Source: Heterodontus francisci
Taxonomy: Eukaryota
Direction: 5' to 3'
Length of the DNA: 64,000 nt
NCBI RefSeq assembly: GCF_036365525.1
Contig: NC_090377.1
Coordinates: forward strand, 122,688,007-122,752,006
Shown here: piece by piece, positions 24,406 through 37,135 of the stretch
How the letters are laid out: the number at the start of each line of letters is the position of its first letter
How positions within the stretch are numbered: position 1 is the stretch's first letter
The notes under the pieces: generated by a model
Databases searched by the model: none
Seen by the model: the letters and a program-made list of their open reading frames with translations, nothing else
Told to the model about the DNA's origin: nothing
Translations under genes and position numbers: made by a program

Positions 24406-24884
24406 GGAATAGATTTTTGACAGTATAGTCACTAGCCTTTCTATTTGACCACAAAGCGTTCATTAGTATTAGTTCTTCCACAGCAAGAATTCCAGAACAT
24501 CAACAACTTGAGAGGCTACCTGTCAAGTACCAAGACAAATTGCACCTTCCCTACAAGTGAGAAGTATGACCAGGGCCACAGTTTAAACACAGCAAGTGAG
24601 TTCAGACAAAGGACAGAGAATTGGACAGTTCCTTGAAAAAGTAGGGTATGTATTAAAGGGTTGGGGAGTGAGCACAAGAATGGGATTAGACCAGGTAACA
24701 CGTGAAGAAAAACACTAGACCAGATTTGATAAGTTGATTTGCCTTTCTCTGTGCTGTAAATCCCCTATTTTAACCCAACCCACCCGCAGGATGTTACAGC
24801 ATTCTCAATTTTATGTTCCACTGAGGATTAGATTAAGATTGGTGCTGTCGTGGGTCAGTGCAGCCCCGTCTCTTGGTAGAAAAA

Positions 24885-25320
24885 AAGACTTGCATTTATA
24901 AAGCAATTATCACGACCCCAAGACATTCCGAAGTGCAGTATAGCCAATGAAGTGCTTTTGAAGTGTAGTCACTGTTGTAATGTAGGAAATGCAGCAGCCA
25001 ATTTACACACAGCAAGTTTCCACAAATAGCAAAGTGATAATGATCTATTTTTTAGTAAAGTTGGTTGAAAGAAAAATATTGGTCAGGGAGAATGCCCTTG
25101 TTCTTCAAAATAGTGCCATGGGACCTTTTACATCCATCAGAGAGGGCAAATGGTGCATCTGTTTTAACTTACCTCCATCTTAGCTCCAACAATACAGCAC
25201 TCCTTCAGTACTGAAGTGTGTCCCTACAGAACCTTAGATTAACTGCTCAAGTCTTTGGAGTTGGGTTTGAACCCACGTCTTTCTGGCGCAGAGGCAAGAG
25301 TGCTATCACTGTCTGAGTGG
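24885..25320 (-). mobile_element. SacSINE1-like DeuSINE
   Basis: Tail AAAGACTTGCATTTATA through to the tRNA-like head GGGTTTGAACCCAC. Confidence 0.8.
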
Positions 25321-25330
25321 AGGTTGGAGT

Positions 25331-25756
25331 TAAAGGCCTGCTCAGGTCGGGAAAAAGAACCCGACCCAAACCCGACTGATCCACAGCAGACCCGAGCCCG
25401 ACCCGGCCCGAGTCCCTCCAATTTAGCCCCGAGCCCAACCTGATCCGAGCCCGAGCCAACCATCCCTTTACTTACCTTCCGACTGGGAAGCTCCACGAAG
25501 CTGCAGCGCATGCGTAATGATGTCATAGTGACGTCACTCGCTCACTGCACAGACTCAGTTTCGTCCTGGACTCTGCCTACCGGCAGAGCATTTACTTTGT
25601 GTGTCTGGCCTGACCCGACCCAACCCAAGCCTGACCCGGACTTGGCCCGACCTGACCCAAGCCCGAAAGCCGGATCCGGAAGAGGGGCCCAACCCGAACC
25701 GAACCCGACACATGTCATCGGGTCCCGTCGGGTTCAGGTCGGGTAGCAGGCCTTTA
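25331..25756. mobile_element. hAT MITE (426 bp) with CCCGA subterminal repeats
   Basis: TIR TAAAGGCCTGCT/AGCAGGCCTTTA; perfect 8-bp TSD GTTGGAGT (25323-25330, 25757-25764). Confidence 0.9.
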
Positions 25757-26534
25757 GTTGGAGTGTGGCTTTAATACACGAGCTGTGTCTTACTCAGTTA
25801 CAAAATCCTATACAGGACATATTTTGACACCATGCTGCTTCTCATGAATAATTGCCAAATCAAGTGAAACCTGTTGGAGATCACAGCTACATATGTTGCG
25901 GAATTGTCTGATGATGCAACCCTTTGGATTGAATCCCCAGAGACACCATCAAAGAATGATAGATAAGACCATTTCCAGATGGCCCAGGCTGTGCGTACAG
26001 AAGGATAGTATCTAAAGGCACAGCCACTAGACAAGTAGAGAGTCCAATTTTAACTTTCCTTCTGGCAACAGAGAGGCAGATATCGACAGAAGGATACTCG
26101 TAATCTTTACCTAATGACAAATGTTTCAGATGAATGTTAGGGAATGTCAGTGCAGGGAAACAAAACATTTCTTCATCCTTGGCACTCATCATACACTCTC
26201 GTGTCAGGTTTAATGCAGGCTTGCTGTGGGGAAAAGCTCCTGCTGCGATGATGGCTGTCATCAGTTTATAACAGTTTACATTTACAGGTCAATTAGAAAT
26301 GTATCATAATTCCTGCCACCATCCCAACCCTCCACACTCTCTCACACTTTATATAATATGTGCGTCCCATCCAAAGCTGGCTCAGATGTACACAGAAATT
26401 GTTTGAGAGATGTTTTAAGGACAACAAGTGAGGCCAAAGTTCAGTGGATTTTTTTTTTGCCAATTTAAAAAATGTATTTCCTCAGATGACTGTAAGAAAT
26501 GCCTCAGCTGATAAACTTTTATATGTGAAGGTAT

Positions 26535-26995
26535 CTGTTGCAGCTGCAACAACATTCAAGAAACTTGACCCTGTCCAGGATAATCTGCTTGATCGGAAGC
26601 CCATCCACCACCTTAAACATTCACTTCCTCCACCACCGGTGTACTGTGGCTGCAGGGTGTACTATCTAAGTCTTTGTTGTCAGCACCTCCCAAACTTATG
26701 ACCTTCACCACCTAAGACGACGAAGGCAGCAGGTACGTGGGAACACTACCTCCTCCAAGTTCCCCTTCAAGTCACATGGCATCCCAACTTGGACATATGT
26801 TGCCATTTCTTCATTGTCACTGGGTCAAAATCCTGGAACTGCCACTGTGACAGCACTGCTGAAGCACCTTCACCACATGAACTGCAGCGGCTTAGGAAGG
26901 CTCACCAGCAACTTCTCATGGGGGAACAAGGAAGGAGCAATAACTATCGGCCGTGCCAATGGCACCCACATCCCAAGAATGAAAATTTTTAAAAA
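26535..26995 (+). mobile_element. Jockey/CR1-group LINE 3' end fragment
   Basis: Homologous to 32245-32720. Confidence 0.75.
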
Positions 26996-28989
26996 TTGTT
27001 TTTATTTGCTTTTTTCCCTCTCCTGGTTGATTGCACGAATGGGTTGATGGTGCACTTAAACTGTACTGCATCTGAATAGGATAGATGAATAGGTCAGTTG
27101 GCCTTTCATTTCCTTTTATATTTATCTACAATGACTGATCCTATAAGTAGACCATATCTGGCAAATTTGAAATCTGCACCTTTTTCACTTTTCGATCCTC
27201 CAGGGTAACAACAATTTGTATTTATATAGCGCCTTTAATGTAGTAAAACATCTCGAAGCTTTTCACAGGAGCATTATCAAACAAAACTTGTTAATGAGCC
27301 GCAAAAGGAGATATTCGGACAGATGACGTAAAGCTTGGTCGAAAAGTAGGTTTTAAGAATCGTCTTTAAGGAGGAGAGAGCGGTAGAAAGGCGGAGAAAT
27401 TTAGGGAAGGAATTCTGGGGCTTAGGGCCAAGGCTGAAATCACGGCCATCAATCATAGAGTGATTAAACTTAGGATGTGTCAGAAGCCAGAATTGGAGGA
27501 GCGCAGAGATCTTGGAGGATTGTAGGGGTGGAGGAGGTTACAGAGATACAGACGGGCAAGGCTCAGGAGGGAATGCAAACAAAGGGTGGAATTTTATGGA
27601 CTGTGCAAGGGTGGATTTGGTGGCATGCAGGGGTATTCATTTAGGTGGGAGGTGTTCTTTTGGATTCCTGACAGCGGTATATTTTAGTGAAATTAAGTCA
27701 GCGGCGGGTTTGCGGCATTCCGGGGTCCTCCCAGCATGGTGGTGGGTTGCAGCTTTGCATTCATTTAAATAACATGAATACTCATTACCATACGCAAAAT
27801 TACAATTCAGTCCTACCTTCCAGATTAAGTGAATGGTGAGCATTATTTCCGTGCCAGCCGGTTTACGATTGTTTTACTGTGGCGTACAGCTGTCGGATTT
27901 GTCCAGTTGAGTCTCAGGTCTGCACTGTTCTCTCCTTAACTCATCCGCTAAACTAACACCAGCATTGGAATGGATATTTGCCTCCAGGCTCGGCACCAGC
28001 AGGGGTGAATCTTCTCAGGGGATGGCGGCGAAGGCAGGGGGGTGGGGGGGGGGGGGAGGGGTTACATGGAGGATCAGGGCAGGGTACTCTGAGAGGGAAG
28101 GCTGGTGCTGATCGCATGCATGGAGGATGAGGACAGGGTACTCGGGGAGGGAAGGGTGGGGTTGCAGGAGCAGGGGAGAGTGAGTGGAGCGTCCATGGGG
28201 TGGCATGGTTGCTGTTGATGCTGAAGCTCCATGTTGTCGGCTGCGGGAGTGGTGGGTGGATTTAGGCAAAGGCCTAAAGGGAGGGATGAGTGCTGTCAAT
28301 GTCGGGGAGCTGTGGGGCAAATTGAGGGTACCGGGGTAGCAAAGGGAACGGTCATTGTCAATGGGGGCAAATGGATTCTGTAGAGAGAAAATCAAGACTA
28401 ATGTGTGGGTACCTGACTGCTTCATATGGAGCGGAATGGGACTCAGCAATAATGGTCAGTTCAATGTGAGGAAGTTCAAGGGTAAGAATCGGCATGTCGA
28501 TAGTAACGGGAGTAGGAACTGGGGGAGGGATGGCATGAAAACATTGATAATTAGACTGTGCACAGTAATGGGGGAGGCTCAATGGTAATAGAGGGAGGAG
28601 TAACGGTAACATTGAGTAGGTCAAGGATGATGGGTTCAGGCTGGAAGGTTGCAGGAGGAGTTGGAAGTAGGGGAGACTTGCCCTGAGTTCCATGCGCACC
28701 ATTTTTTCCAACGATAATGGGAACCATGTGGACAATCAAGGATTGCAAGGAGAGTGGGGAGAGACAAACTATAGCAGGTGTGTCTTGTACCTGGTTGCAA
28801 TTTGAAGGAAGATATGAGGGAGCAGATCATTTCCTTGATGTTTCAGCTCACTGGCAACAGAGGGATGAATCGCCACACTCCGCTTATTTATTGTTCAGAA
28901 AAGACACAGCAACATGGATCTCATACACCCAATTTGTCAAGTACCATGGGAAGAAGAGCAAAAGGAGAGACTCAGGAGGTCTTTTTTGC

Positions 28990-30095
28990 CTCAACCCATG
29001 ATGCCTGAGCACCAGTAACAGGCAGAACAGGAAGGTGAGGGTGCTCTGAATGATGACATTCAGGAACGGCCTTATCAAAAACGGGCACTGGCATGTCAAC
29101 GCATCCTCAGGACAAGGACAAATTACCCACAAATGTCAGGGAGGCAATGCCAGAGACACCTATGGATGTCAAGTGAAATGGTCACAGAAATTTGTAGGAT
29201 CCTGCGGCATGACCTGCTGCCACTCGGCTTCGGTAGGAATCCAGTGCCAGTTGCCCTCATGGTGACTGCTGCACTCAATTCTTTTGTTCGCAGCACCTTC
29301 CAGGGATCCATGGGCGACATATGTGGCATCTCGCAGTCTGCGACCCACAGGTGCATCAAAGAGGTGGCCAATGCCCTTTATTGACATGCGAATGAGGACA
29401 GCCAGGCAGCAAGGTCTGCGGCCTGTGGTATCATTGCTGAGTTCCCTATGGTGCAAGGAATGATCGACTGTACTCATGTGGTCATTAGAGCTCCCTGGAA
29501 CCAGCATGCTGTCTTTGTGAATCGCAAAGGCTTCCACTCTTTAAACGTTCAATTGGTTTGCAACCACAGGAGTAGAATCATGCATGTTTCCCAGGGAGCT
29601 GTCATGACTCACCTATTTTGAGGAACTCCCAGATGCCAGCAGTTTTTGATGAACCAGCCAAAGTGTACCGCTGGATCTTGGGTGATAAGGGTTACTCCCT
29701 TTGTACATGGTTGCGTCATCCCCAAAGCGTTGCTGAAGCGAGGTGCAATCTCGCTCATGCATCCACCAGAGTCATCATTGAGCACATCATTGGCATGCTG
29801 AAAATGCGATTCCACTGCCTTGACCAGTCTGGAGGGGTTCTTTAGTACACGCACAGAGGGTGTCACGAATAATCGTTGTCTGCTGTGCCTTGCACAACCT
29901 TGTAATTAGACAGGGCAACATTCTGCAGGCAGAGGAACAGGAGGATCACCAGTCCTCCTCAAATGAGGATTACTTTGAAGAGTGTGAGGAGGAGGACATC
30001 AATCCAATGATGTTGTCATCGAGATGAGGGCCATGGAGAGATATGCAAGGGACATTATGGAGAATCTAATTGATACACACTTCGGCCAACAATAA
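28990..30095 (+). pseudogene. Harbinger DDE transposase (HARBI1-like), disrupted
   Basis: GISQSATHRCIKEV, FPMVQGMIDCTHV, NRKGFHSLNVQLVC, FPGSCHDSxIL, LGDKGY, TRVIIEHxIGMLKMRF, CCALHN; stops and frameshifts. Confidence 0.9.
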
Positions 30096-30619
30096 GCCAC
30101 ATCATCAAGGAACGTTGGTAGGAGAAACATAACAGTTCCCCACAGAAATTCCCTTTTGCATGAGGTCTTATTCATTGCTGCAATCTTAATGAAGCGTTGC
30201 TGCACTTTCATGTGATTGGCATTTTAAATCATCTATGGGCCATGAAGACTGCGACTACAAGCAGCATTAAGTTATGACCGCAGAAACTCAAAAGAATGGC
30301 ATGGCAGTAGTGGAAAAAGTTAATAATCATCAATAGAACACCAGCCATCATTGAAGACTGAACATTCAAATTTAAAGGAGAAATGGACACTAGCCATTTT
30401 CTGAGATGCTTTGCAACATTAATGCGTTCCTGCCACAGGCCACCAAAAAACATCTCTGTTTCCATCTGAAACCAAACAAAAGATTGACAGTGGATTACAT
30501 TTTAAATGAAGTAAAAATGTATCAAAAATGTTTAGTATTATCACAATATATACATCAGCCATGCCACCTTTTGTGCTCAAAACTGTTTCAATTTTCTTTT
30601 TCTACCACTAGGTCTAGGT

Positions 30620-33600
30620 GCTACCCCAACATTAACAGCTGAGATGGAGGCAGTCTGCTCAGTGCGCTGCCCTGCTGCTTTGGATGACCATGGTGGTCAT
30701 CCTCTGGAGGAACGGAATCTTGCTGGCTCCATCTTACCATGAGTCTGCAGCAATGGTGCTTGAGTATCCCCCATGTGCTCACCTGCTGGAGATAAGGTCG
30801 GGGGTGGAGGGGAGGACGAAACACTGCTTACCCTGGGGTTGTCCTGAGAGAACATGTGCTCCTCCTCCATCTGTGTGCACGATGGCACCTGCTTGTCACC
30901 CTGTGGGGAAGGGTCATCTGGAGGGAGGTTCAGGTTCCTCGTCCCCCTCTCGCATCGACTCTGCTGCATGGAGCCCACAGCAACAGCGATAGAGTACAGG
31001 TCAGGTCACATATGGTTCGAGTGCTCAACCAGACTTGCCACAGAGCTCACTAAGCTCTCAACCGAGGAAGCCATATGCTCATATGCCTGGGATATGGAAG
31101 ACGTTATGGCTTGCATGGACTCCTCCATGGCACGTGCAAAGTCATGCATGACCGCAGGCATCTCTGTCATATTTTCTTCATGGCTTTGCTGCACATCCAG
31201 CAGCCTTCTCATAGCAACAAACAGAGGATCATCATGAGCATGGGGCTGAGCAGGGACCTTGTGCTCAGCAGTCCTCCAATTGACAGGAAATCCTGTGGAA
31301 AATTGCCCAGGTATGTCCTGCACACAAAAGGCAGGACAAGTCCAACCCGGCTAATTACCGCCCCATCAGTCCACTTTCAATCATCAATAAAGTGGTGGAA
31401 AATGTCGTTGACAGTGCCATTAAGTGGCACTTGCTTAGCAATAACCTGCTCAGTGACGCTCAGTTCGGGTTCCGCCAGGGCCACTCAGCTCCTGACCTCA
31501 TTACAGCCTTGGTTCAAACATGGACAAAAGAGCTGAACGCCAGAGGTGAGGGGAGAGTGACTGCCCTTGACATCAAGGCAGCATTTGACCGAGGATGGCA
31601 TCAAGGAGCCCTAGCAAAATGGAGTCAATAGGAATCAGGGGGAAAACTCTCCGCTGGTTGGAGTCATACCTAGCGCAAAGGAAGATGGTTGTGGTTGTTG
31701 GAGGTCAATCATCTCAGTTCCATGACATCACTGCAGAAGTTCCTCAGGGTAGTGTCCTAGGCCCAACCATCTTCAGCTGCATCATCGATGACCTTCCTTC
31801 AATCATAAGGTCAGAAGTAGGGATGTTCGCTGATGATTGCACAATGTTCAGCACCATTCTCAACTCCTCAGATACTGAAGCAGTCCGTGTAGAAATGCAG
31901 CAAGACATGGACAACATCCAGGCTTGGGCTGATAAGTGGCAAGTAACATTCATGCCACACAAGTGCCAGGCAATGACCATCTACCACAAGAGAGTATCTC
32001 ACCAGCTCCCCTTGACATTCAATGGCATTACGATCTCTGAATCCCCCACTATCAAAATCCTCGGTGTTACCATAGACCAGAAACTGAACTGGAGTAGCCA
32101 GATAAATACCATGGCTACAAGAGCACGTCATAGGCTAGGAATCCTGTGGCGAGTAACTCATCTCCTGATTCCCCAAAGCATGTCCACCATCTACAAGGCA
32201 CAAGTCAGGAGTGTGATAGAATACTGTCCGCTTGCCTGGGTGGGTGCAGCTCCAACAACACTCAAGAAGCTCGAAACTATTCAGGGTAAGCAGCCCGCTT
32301 GATTGGCACCCCGTCCACAAACATTCACTCCCTCCACCACCAACGCATAGTGGCAGCAGGGTGTACCATCTACAAGATGCACTGCAGCAATGCACCAAGG
32401 CTCCATAGACAGCACCTTCCAAACCCGCGACCTCTACCACCTAGAAGGACAAGGGCAGCGGATACATGGGAACACCACCACCTGCAAGTTCCCCTCCAAG
32501 CCACACACCATCCTGACTTGGAACTTTATTGCTGTTCCTTCACTGTCACTGGGTCAAAATCCTGGAACTCCCTTCCTAACACCACTGTGGGTGTACCTAC
32601 CCTACATGGACTGCAGCGGTTCAAGAAGGCAGCTCACCTTCTTAAGGGCAATTAGGAATGGGCAATAAATGCTGGCCTAGCCAGCGACGTCCACATCCCA
32701 TGAATGAATTTTTTTTAAAAAGATCCGGTTGGCACATGCTCCCTCAGCTGCTGGGACATGTCTATGTCACGACCACCAGCTTATGACCCAGATTCTAATC
32801 TTAAACTCCCTGCGGACCGTGTGGATGTATCTGCGCTGGTGGAGGTGGAAGAAGATGGTGCACCCTCTGATGCATTGGCTTCTTCCTCCTCCCCAGAGGA
32901 AGAGTCTTGGGCCAGGAGGTGTTCTGCTACCCGAATGCGGCCACCTACAGTGGAGACACAAACAGAGGCATTTTAAGCATCTGATGCACATGTGTTCACA
33001 CAATTTCCTTTGGTGTCCACCACATATGACTGCAAGAGTGGAGATGACACTTCATCCTGCCTTGACGTCTCTGAATGACCTGCCTCCCTCCTCTCTCACG
33101 ATTTCTGACACCTCCTCTTCAGCCGTGGTCAGCAACCTGATGTCAGGGACATCACCTCCCATTTTAGCATGCTCTCGCTGGTTGTGGCTGTGTTTATCCT
33201 GCAGGAGACAGTGCAGAATTAATGACATGGCAAAAGATGCATCACAACCATTGCATACATGCATCAACATCACTCTTTCTGCAGTGGCTTTTGCATGACA
33301 CATCTAAGCACATAAACAAAGCCAATCTTCAACTTGGTGCACAACTTTTTAGTGAATGGCACCAAGGCTGCTCATGCATTCCACTGCATTCCTTGTGTAT
33401 TCTTGGCCTTAAAGACACAGAGCCACGGAGGAAAACAATGGAGCTGCTTCACTAAGACCGCTTCCCTCGCCGATCTGAGCAAGTCATTAATGTGCTTGCG
33501 GCACTGCACCCAGGCTGTCTGTGTGTCACCCTACGGTTTGAGACCTTCTCCACTACCTCCTTCCAGCTGCCTTGGTCAGGCGGAAGGGTCTTTGGATTCC

Positions 33601-33705
33601 ATCTGCAGGGAAGAGGACCTCCCGCTTTCCCCTGATGGCCTGGAGGAGAACCTGCAGGGAGGCATCACTGAACCGTGGAACTGGTCTCTGCCTACGGGCT
33701 GACAT
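30620..33705 (-). pseudogene. Harbinger Myb/SANT-like DNA-binding protein gene, disrupted and interrupted by a LINE
   Basis: The minus strand from ~33705 reads MSARRQRPVPRFSDASLQVLLQAIRGKREVLFP; HNQRE..GGDVPDIRLLT at ~33130-33190; coiled-coil-like C-terminal part in ORF 31006-31323. Exon structure not resolved. Confidence 0.7.
31294..32721 (+). mobile_element. Jockey/CR1-group LINE (RT and 3' UTR) inserted in Harbinger
   Basis: NYRPIS, QFGFRQGHS, ALDIKAAFD, VPQGSVLGP, MFADD, ILGVTIDQKLNW; A/T-rich tail at ~32705-32721. Confidence 0.9.
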
Positions 33706-35709
33706 CTGACTCACTTTTGATGCAGGGAAAAATAAATGATCTGAAGTTGGTGGTGACTTTCATAACATAAGGAAGGCAAAAATATTTTGAATTAAGTAAA
33801 GGTTAACCATTTAGGTTAATCTGAAGATACTTACATGAAAGGAATGCTGATGATCCTTGAGGCTGCAAGCACAGAATGATTTATATCTATGGCGATTGCA
33901 GTGACGGCGGGTTCCACTAATGAAAGGCCACCCCGTCACATGATCCCATGTGTCTCCTGTGCCCATCGCTGCACAGCTCATTTACATAAAAAATGAATTG
34001 GGAATTGCCAACTTCCGGTCCCACCGTCGGGAACGCCGCAGCAATCATAAAATTCCACCCAACGATAAGAATTTTAAAATCAAGGTGTTGCCCGACTGGA
34101 CTACAATGTAGGTCAGCGAGCACAGGGGTGATGGATGAAAGTGATTCCTGGGGATTAGCAATTATCCAGATTATGGTACCACTACTGGTTTATGGGTAGC
34201 ACATGCTGCTCTCCCACATTTGCTTTGGATTGATGCAAACAAGAAAACTACTGGCAGTAAAAGACCAGACTGTCCCACATTCATGATGGTTGGAGCATCA
34301 TGGATTAGTTACTTCCTACTAACGCCCTCCCACCCCCACAACACCTCCCCTATCCAACCAGCCATGTAATCTCCAGGGAGAGGGAAATAAACAAAGAATA
34401 AGGACCAAAAGGGAAAAATACTCTGGAAAATTCCTCTCCGACCCCCCGCCCCCCCCCCCCCCCCCCACCGCACCCAAAGCCAATTGAAACCAGGCCAAGA
34501 GATCACACGGACCAAATGCTATCTATAAAGATACTTACCTTCTATATGAAGCAATCTCTGCCCCAGTTAGGAACTGATCCAGTTCCCTCTTGCAACTAGG
34601 CATCAACTGGGCAAAACCACTAAAGAATTTGCACAATGGGCCCAGTTTTTATTCATTTAATTTCTTTGAAGAAGGAAAGCAGAAAATTTTGAAATGCACC
34701 ACCAAAAAAAAATGAAATAGAATCACACTTTCTCGCTTCAGGTCAGTTCACAGTCACCTCCACGCGGGCCTGTTAGCTTTAACACACAGCCCCTGTTAAA
34801 CCATATTGTGCCCGAATGTTACACAATGATGAAAGGCATTAAAAAAAAAATTTAACTGCACTTGGCACTTCTACCTAATTAACTAACCTTGGTTTCCTTA
34901 TGAAGAAGGACAAGCTTCCCCCGCCAACCTTTGAATCTGAGAAAACAGTTATCTTCCCATGACCGTTATGTGGACAAATACTGCTTTTTTTTTTCTTTTA
35001 CATGTATACTGAGAATCAGATTGCATAATTTTGTGATGGCATCCCAGCAAAGGGACTACCTTGTAAAGGTCTGTGATGATTACTCTGGAGGGTGGACATT
35101 TGTATGGGCAATCTGTGCATCATCCTAAGTGTAATCAGACCAGCAAGGTCCAGGGGTTTGACCTGCAAGGCATGCCTTTAGGATATGTATAAGCGTGGAG
35201 TACTGTTTTCTTACTTTGCGGCTCTCCAGGGTGTGCTGTAAAACAAAAATCAATGAACAGTTCATCAAGAAAAATGAATCTCGTATGTTTTGCAAACAAA
35301 CAGGCCCTACTCTTAAGTGAAATATCTTTTCAAGGACCATTGCTATATTGTAAGGGAGAGAGAAGGTGAAAAATTTTAGCTGCAATCAGCTTGAGCTTTT
35401 AATGATAACGATGGTTGTAGCACGCATGTACTTGGCCTTCATGTGTGAGTGATATACAGTTAAAACAGGCATATTTTAAGATGAAGTAGATGGTAAAATG
35501 TAATCTCAGCAAAGGTGCAGTTATTTAAGGTGACCCAATAGCACATTAGGCCAGTACCCCCTCAGGCTGTGTCACAAGGCTCTCAGTGTTGACTGTCCCA
35601 CTAGGAAGAAGTGCTCCATGGTTTCCTAAGGGAGTAGAAGCAAACTTAGATGCAAGGCACCTGAGGCCATTCTGTGTTGTTGGATTCAGAAACTCAATTG
35701 CAAGTCAAT

Positions 35710-35918
35710 CAGCAGTTCTGGCAGCATCTGTGGAAAGAGAAACAGAGTTAACGTTTCAGGTCTGTGACCTTTCATCAAACTCTGATAAAAGGTCACTGAC
35801 CTGAAAAGTTAACTCTGTTTCCCTCTCCACAGATGCTGCCAGAACTGCTGAGTATTTCCAGCACTTCCTGTTTTTATTTCAGATTTTCAGCATCTGCGGT
35901 ATTTTGCTTTTATTATTG
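35710..35918. mobile_element. Palindromic Penelope-terminus-derived short element
   Basis: Two inverted copies of the Penelope end seen at 45410-45503; approximate TSD TGCAAGTcAaTCAG / TGCAAGTtAgTCAG. Confidence 0.75.
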
Positions 35919-36029
35919 TGCAAGTTAGTCAGACTTGATACCAAACTAGGAGGGGCAGTGGAATCAAATAAGGCAATTCAGAAATTGCAGAATTTGTGGA
36001 AAATATATGTGAGGAAAACAATGGCAAGT

Positions 36030-37135
36030 GCGTTGAGAGTGACTGCCCTTGACATCAAGGCAACATTTCACAGAGTGTAGCATCAAGGAACCTACCAAAA
36101 TTGAAGTCAATGGGAATGAGGGGGAAAACTCTCCATTGGTTGGAGTCATAACTAGCACAAAGGAAGATGGTTGTGGTTGTTGTAGGCCAATCATAGCCCC
36201 AGGACATCACTGCAGGAGTTCCTCAGGGTAGCGTCCTAGGTCCAACCATCTTCAGCTGCTTCATCAATGACCTTCCATCCATCATAAGGTCAGAAGTGGG
36301 GATGTTAAATGATAATTGCGCAGTGTTCAGTACCATTCAAAACTCATCAGACACTGAAGCAGCCCGTTCCTGCATGCAGGAAGACCTGGACAACATTCAG
36401 GCTTGGGCTGATAAGTGGCATTTAACATTTCTGCCTTACTAATGCCAGGTAATGACCATCTCCAACAAGAGAGAATCTAATCATCTCCACTTGAAGTTTA
36501 ACACCATTACCATCGCTGAATCCCCCATCATCAACATCCTGGGGGTTACCATTGACCAGAAGTTCAACTGGACCATCCATATAAATACTGTGGCTACAAG
36601 AGCAGGTCAGAGGCTGGGAATTTTGCAGCGAATAATTCACCTCCTGATTCCCCAAAGCCTGTCCACCATCTACAATGCACAAGTCAGAAGTATAATGGAA
36701 TATTCTCCACTTGCCTGAATGAGTGCAGCTACAACAACACTCAAGAGGTCAACACCACTCGGACAAGGGGGCCCGATTGGCACCCCATCCAGGACCTTAG
36801 ACATTCAGTCCCTCCATCACTGGCGCACAGTGGCAACTGTGTGTACCATCTACAAGATGCACTGCATCAACTTGCCAAGGCTCCTTCAACTGCACCTTCC
36901 AAGTCCATGACCTCTACTACATGGAAGGACAAAGGCAGCGGACGTTCCTTCAATGTCACTGGGTCAAAATCCTGGAACTCCCTCCCTAAGAGCTCTGTGG
37001 GTGTATATACATCGCACGGACTGCAGCGGTTCAAGAAGGTGGCTCACCAGCACCTTCTCAAGGGCAAATAGGGATGGGCAACAAATGCTGGCTATGCCAG
37101 CGACACTTACATCCCATGAAAGAATACAAGAAAAG
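36030..37135 (+). mobile_element. Jockey/CR1-group LINE fragment (RT and 3' UTR)
   Basis: Collinear with 31555-32720; frameshifted. Confidence 0.85.

Larger units (their letters stand above)
27584..34060. mobile_element. Full-length, decayed PIF/Harbinger DNA transposon inserted in an L2 3' end (L2 at ~27205-27583 and 34061-34140)
   Basis: Perfect 15-bp TIRs GGGTGGAATTTTATG / CATAAAATTCCACCC enclosing convergent transposase and Myb/SANT genes. Confidence 0.9.

Noticed and set aside
25331-25756. CCCGA arrays or the 51405-51800 repeats as CRISPR-like arrays
   Set aside because: No constant repeat with unique spacers, eukaryotic context; explained as hAT subterminal repeats and a minisatellite.
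25790-26270. Possible host exon in unique sequence (ORFs 25887-26261 and 25798-26034)
   Set aside because: No recognisable domain in the frames I translated and no convincing splice pair; BLASTX or RNA-seq would be needed.
28015-28750. Pro/Gly-rich ORFs inside the Harbinger
   Set aside because: G-rich low-complexity sequence that lacks stops by composition.
28990-30095. Domesticated HARBI1 host gene
   Set aside because: It has stops and frameshifts and lies inside TIRs with a Myb partner, so it is a decayed transposon.
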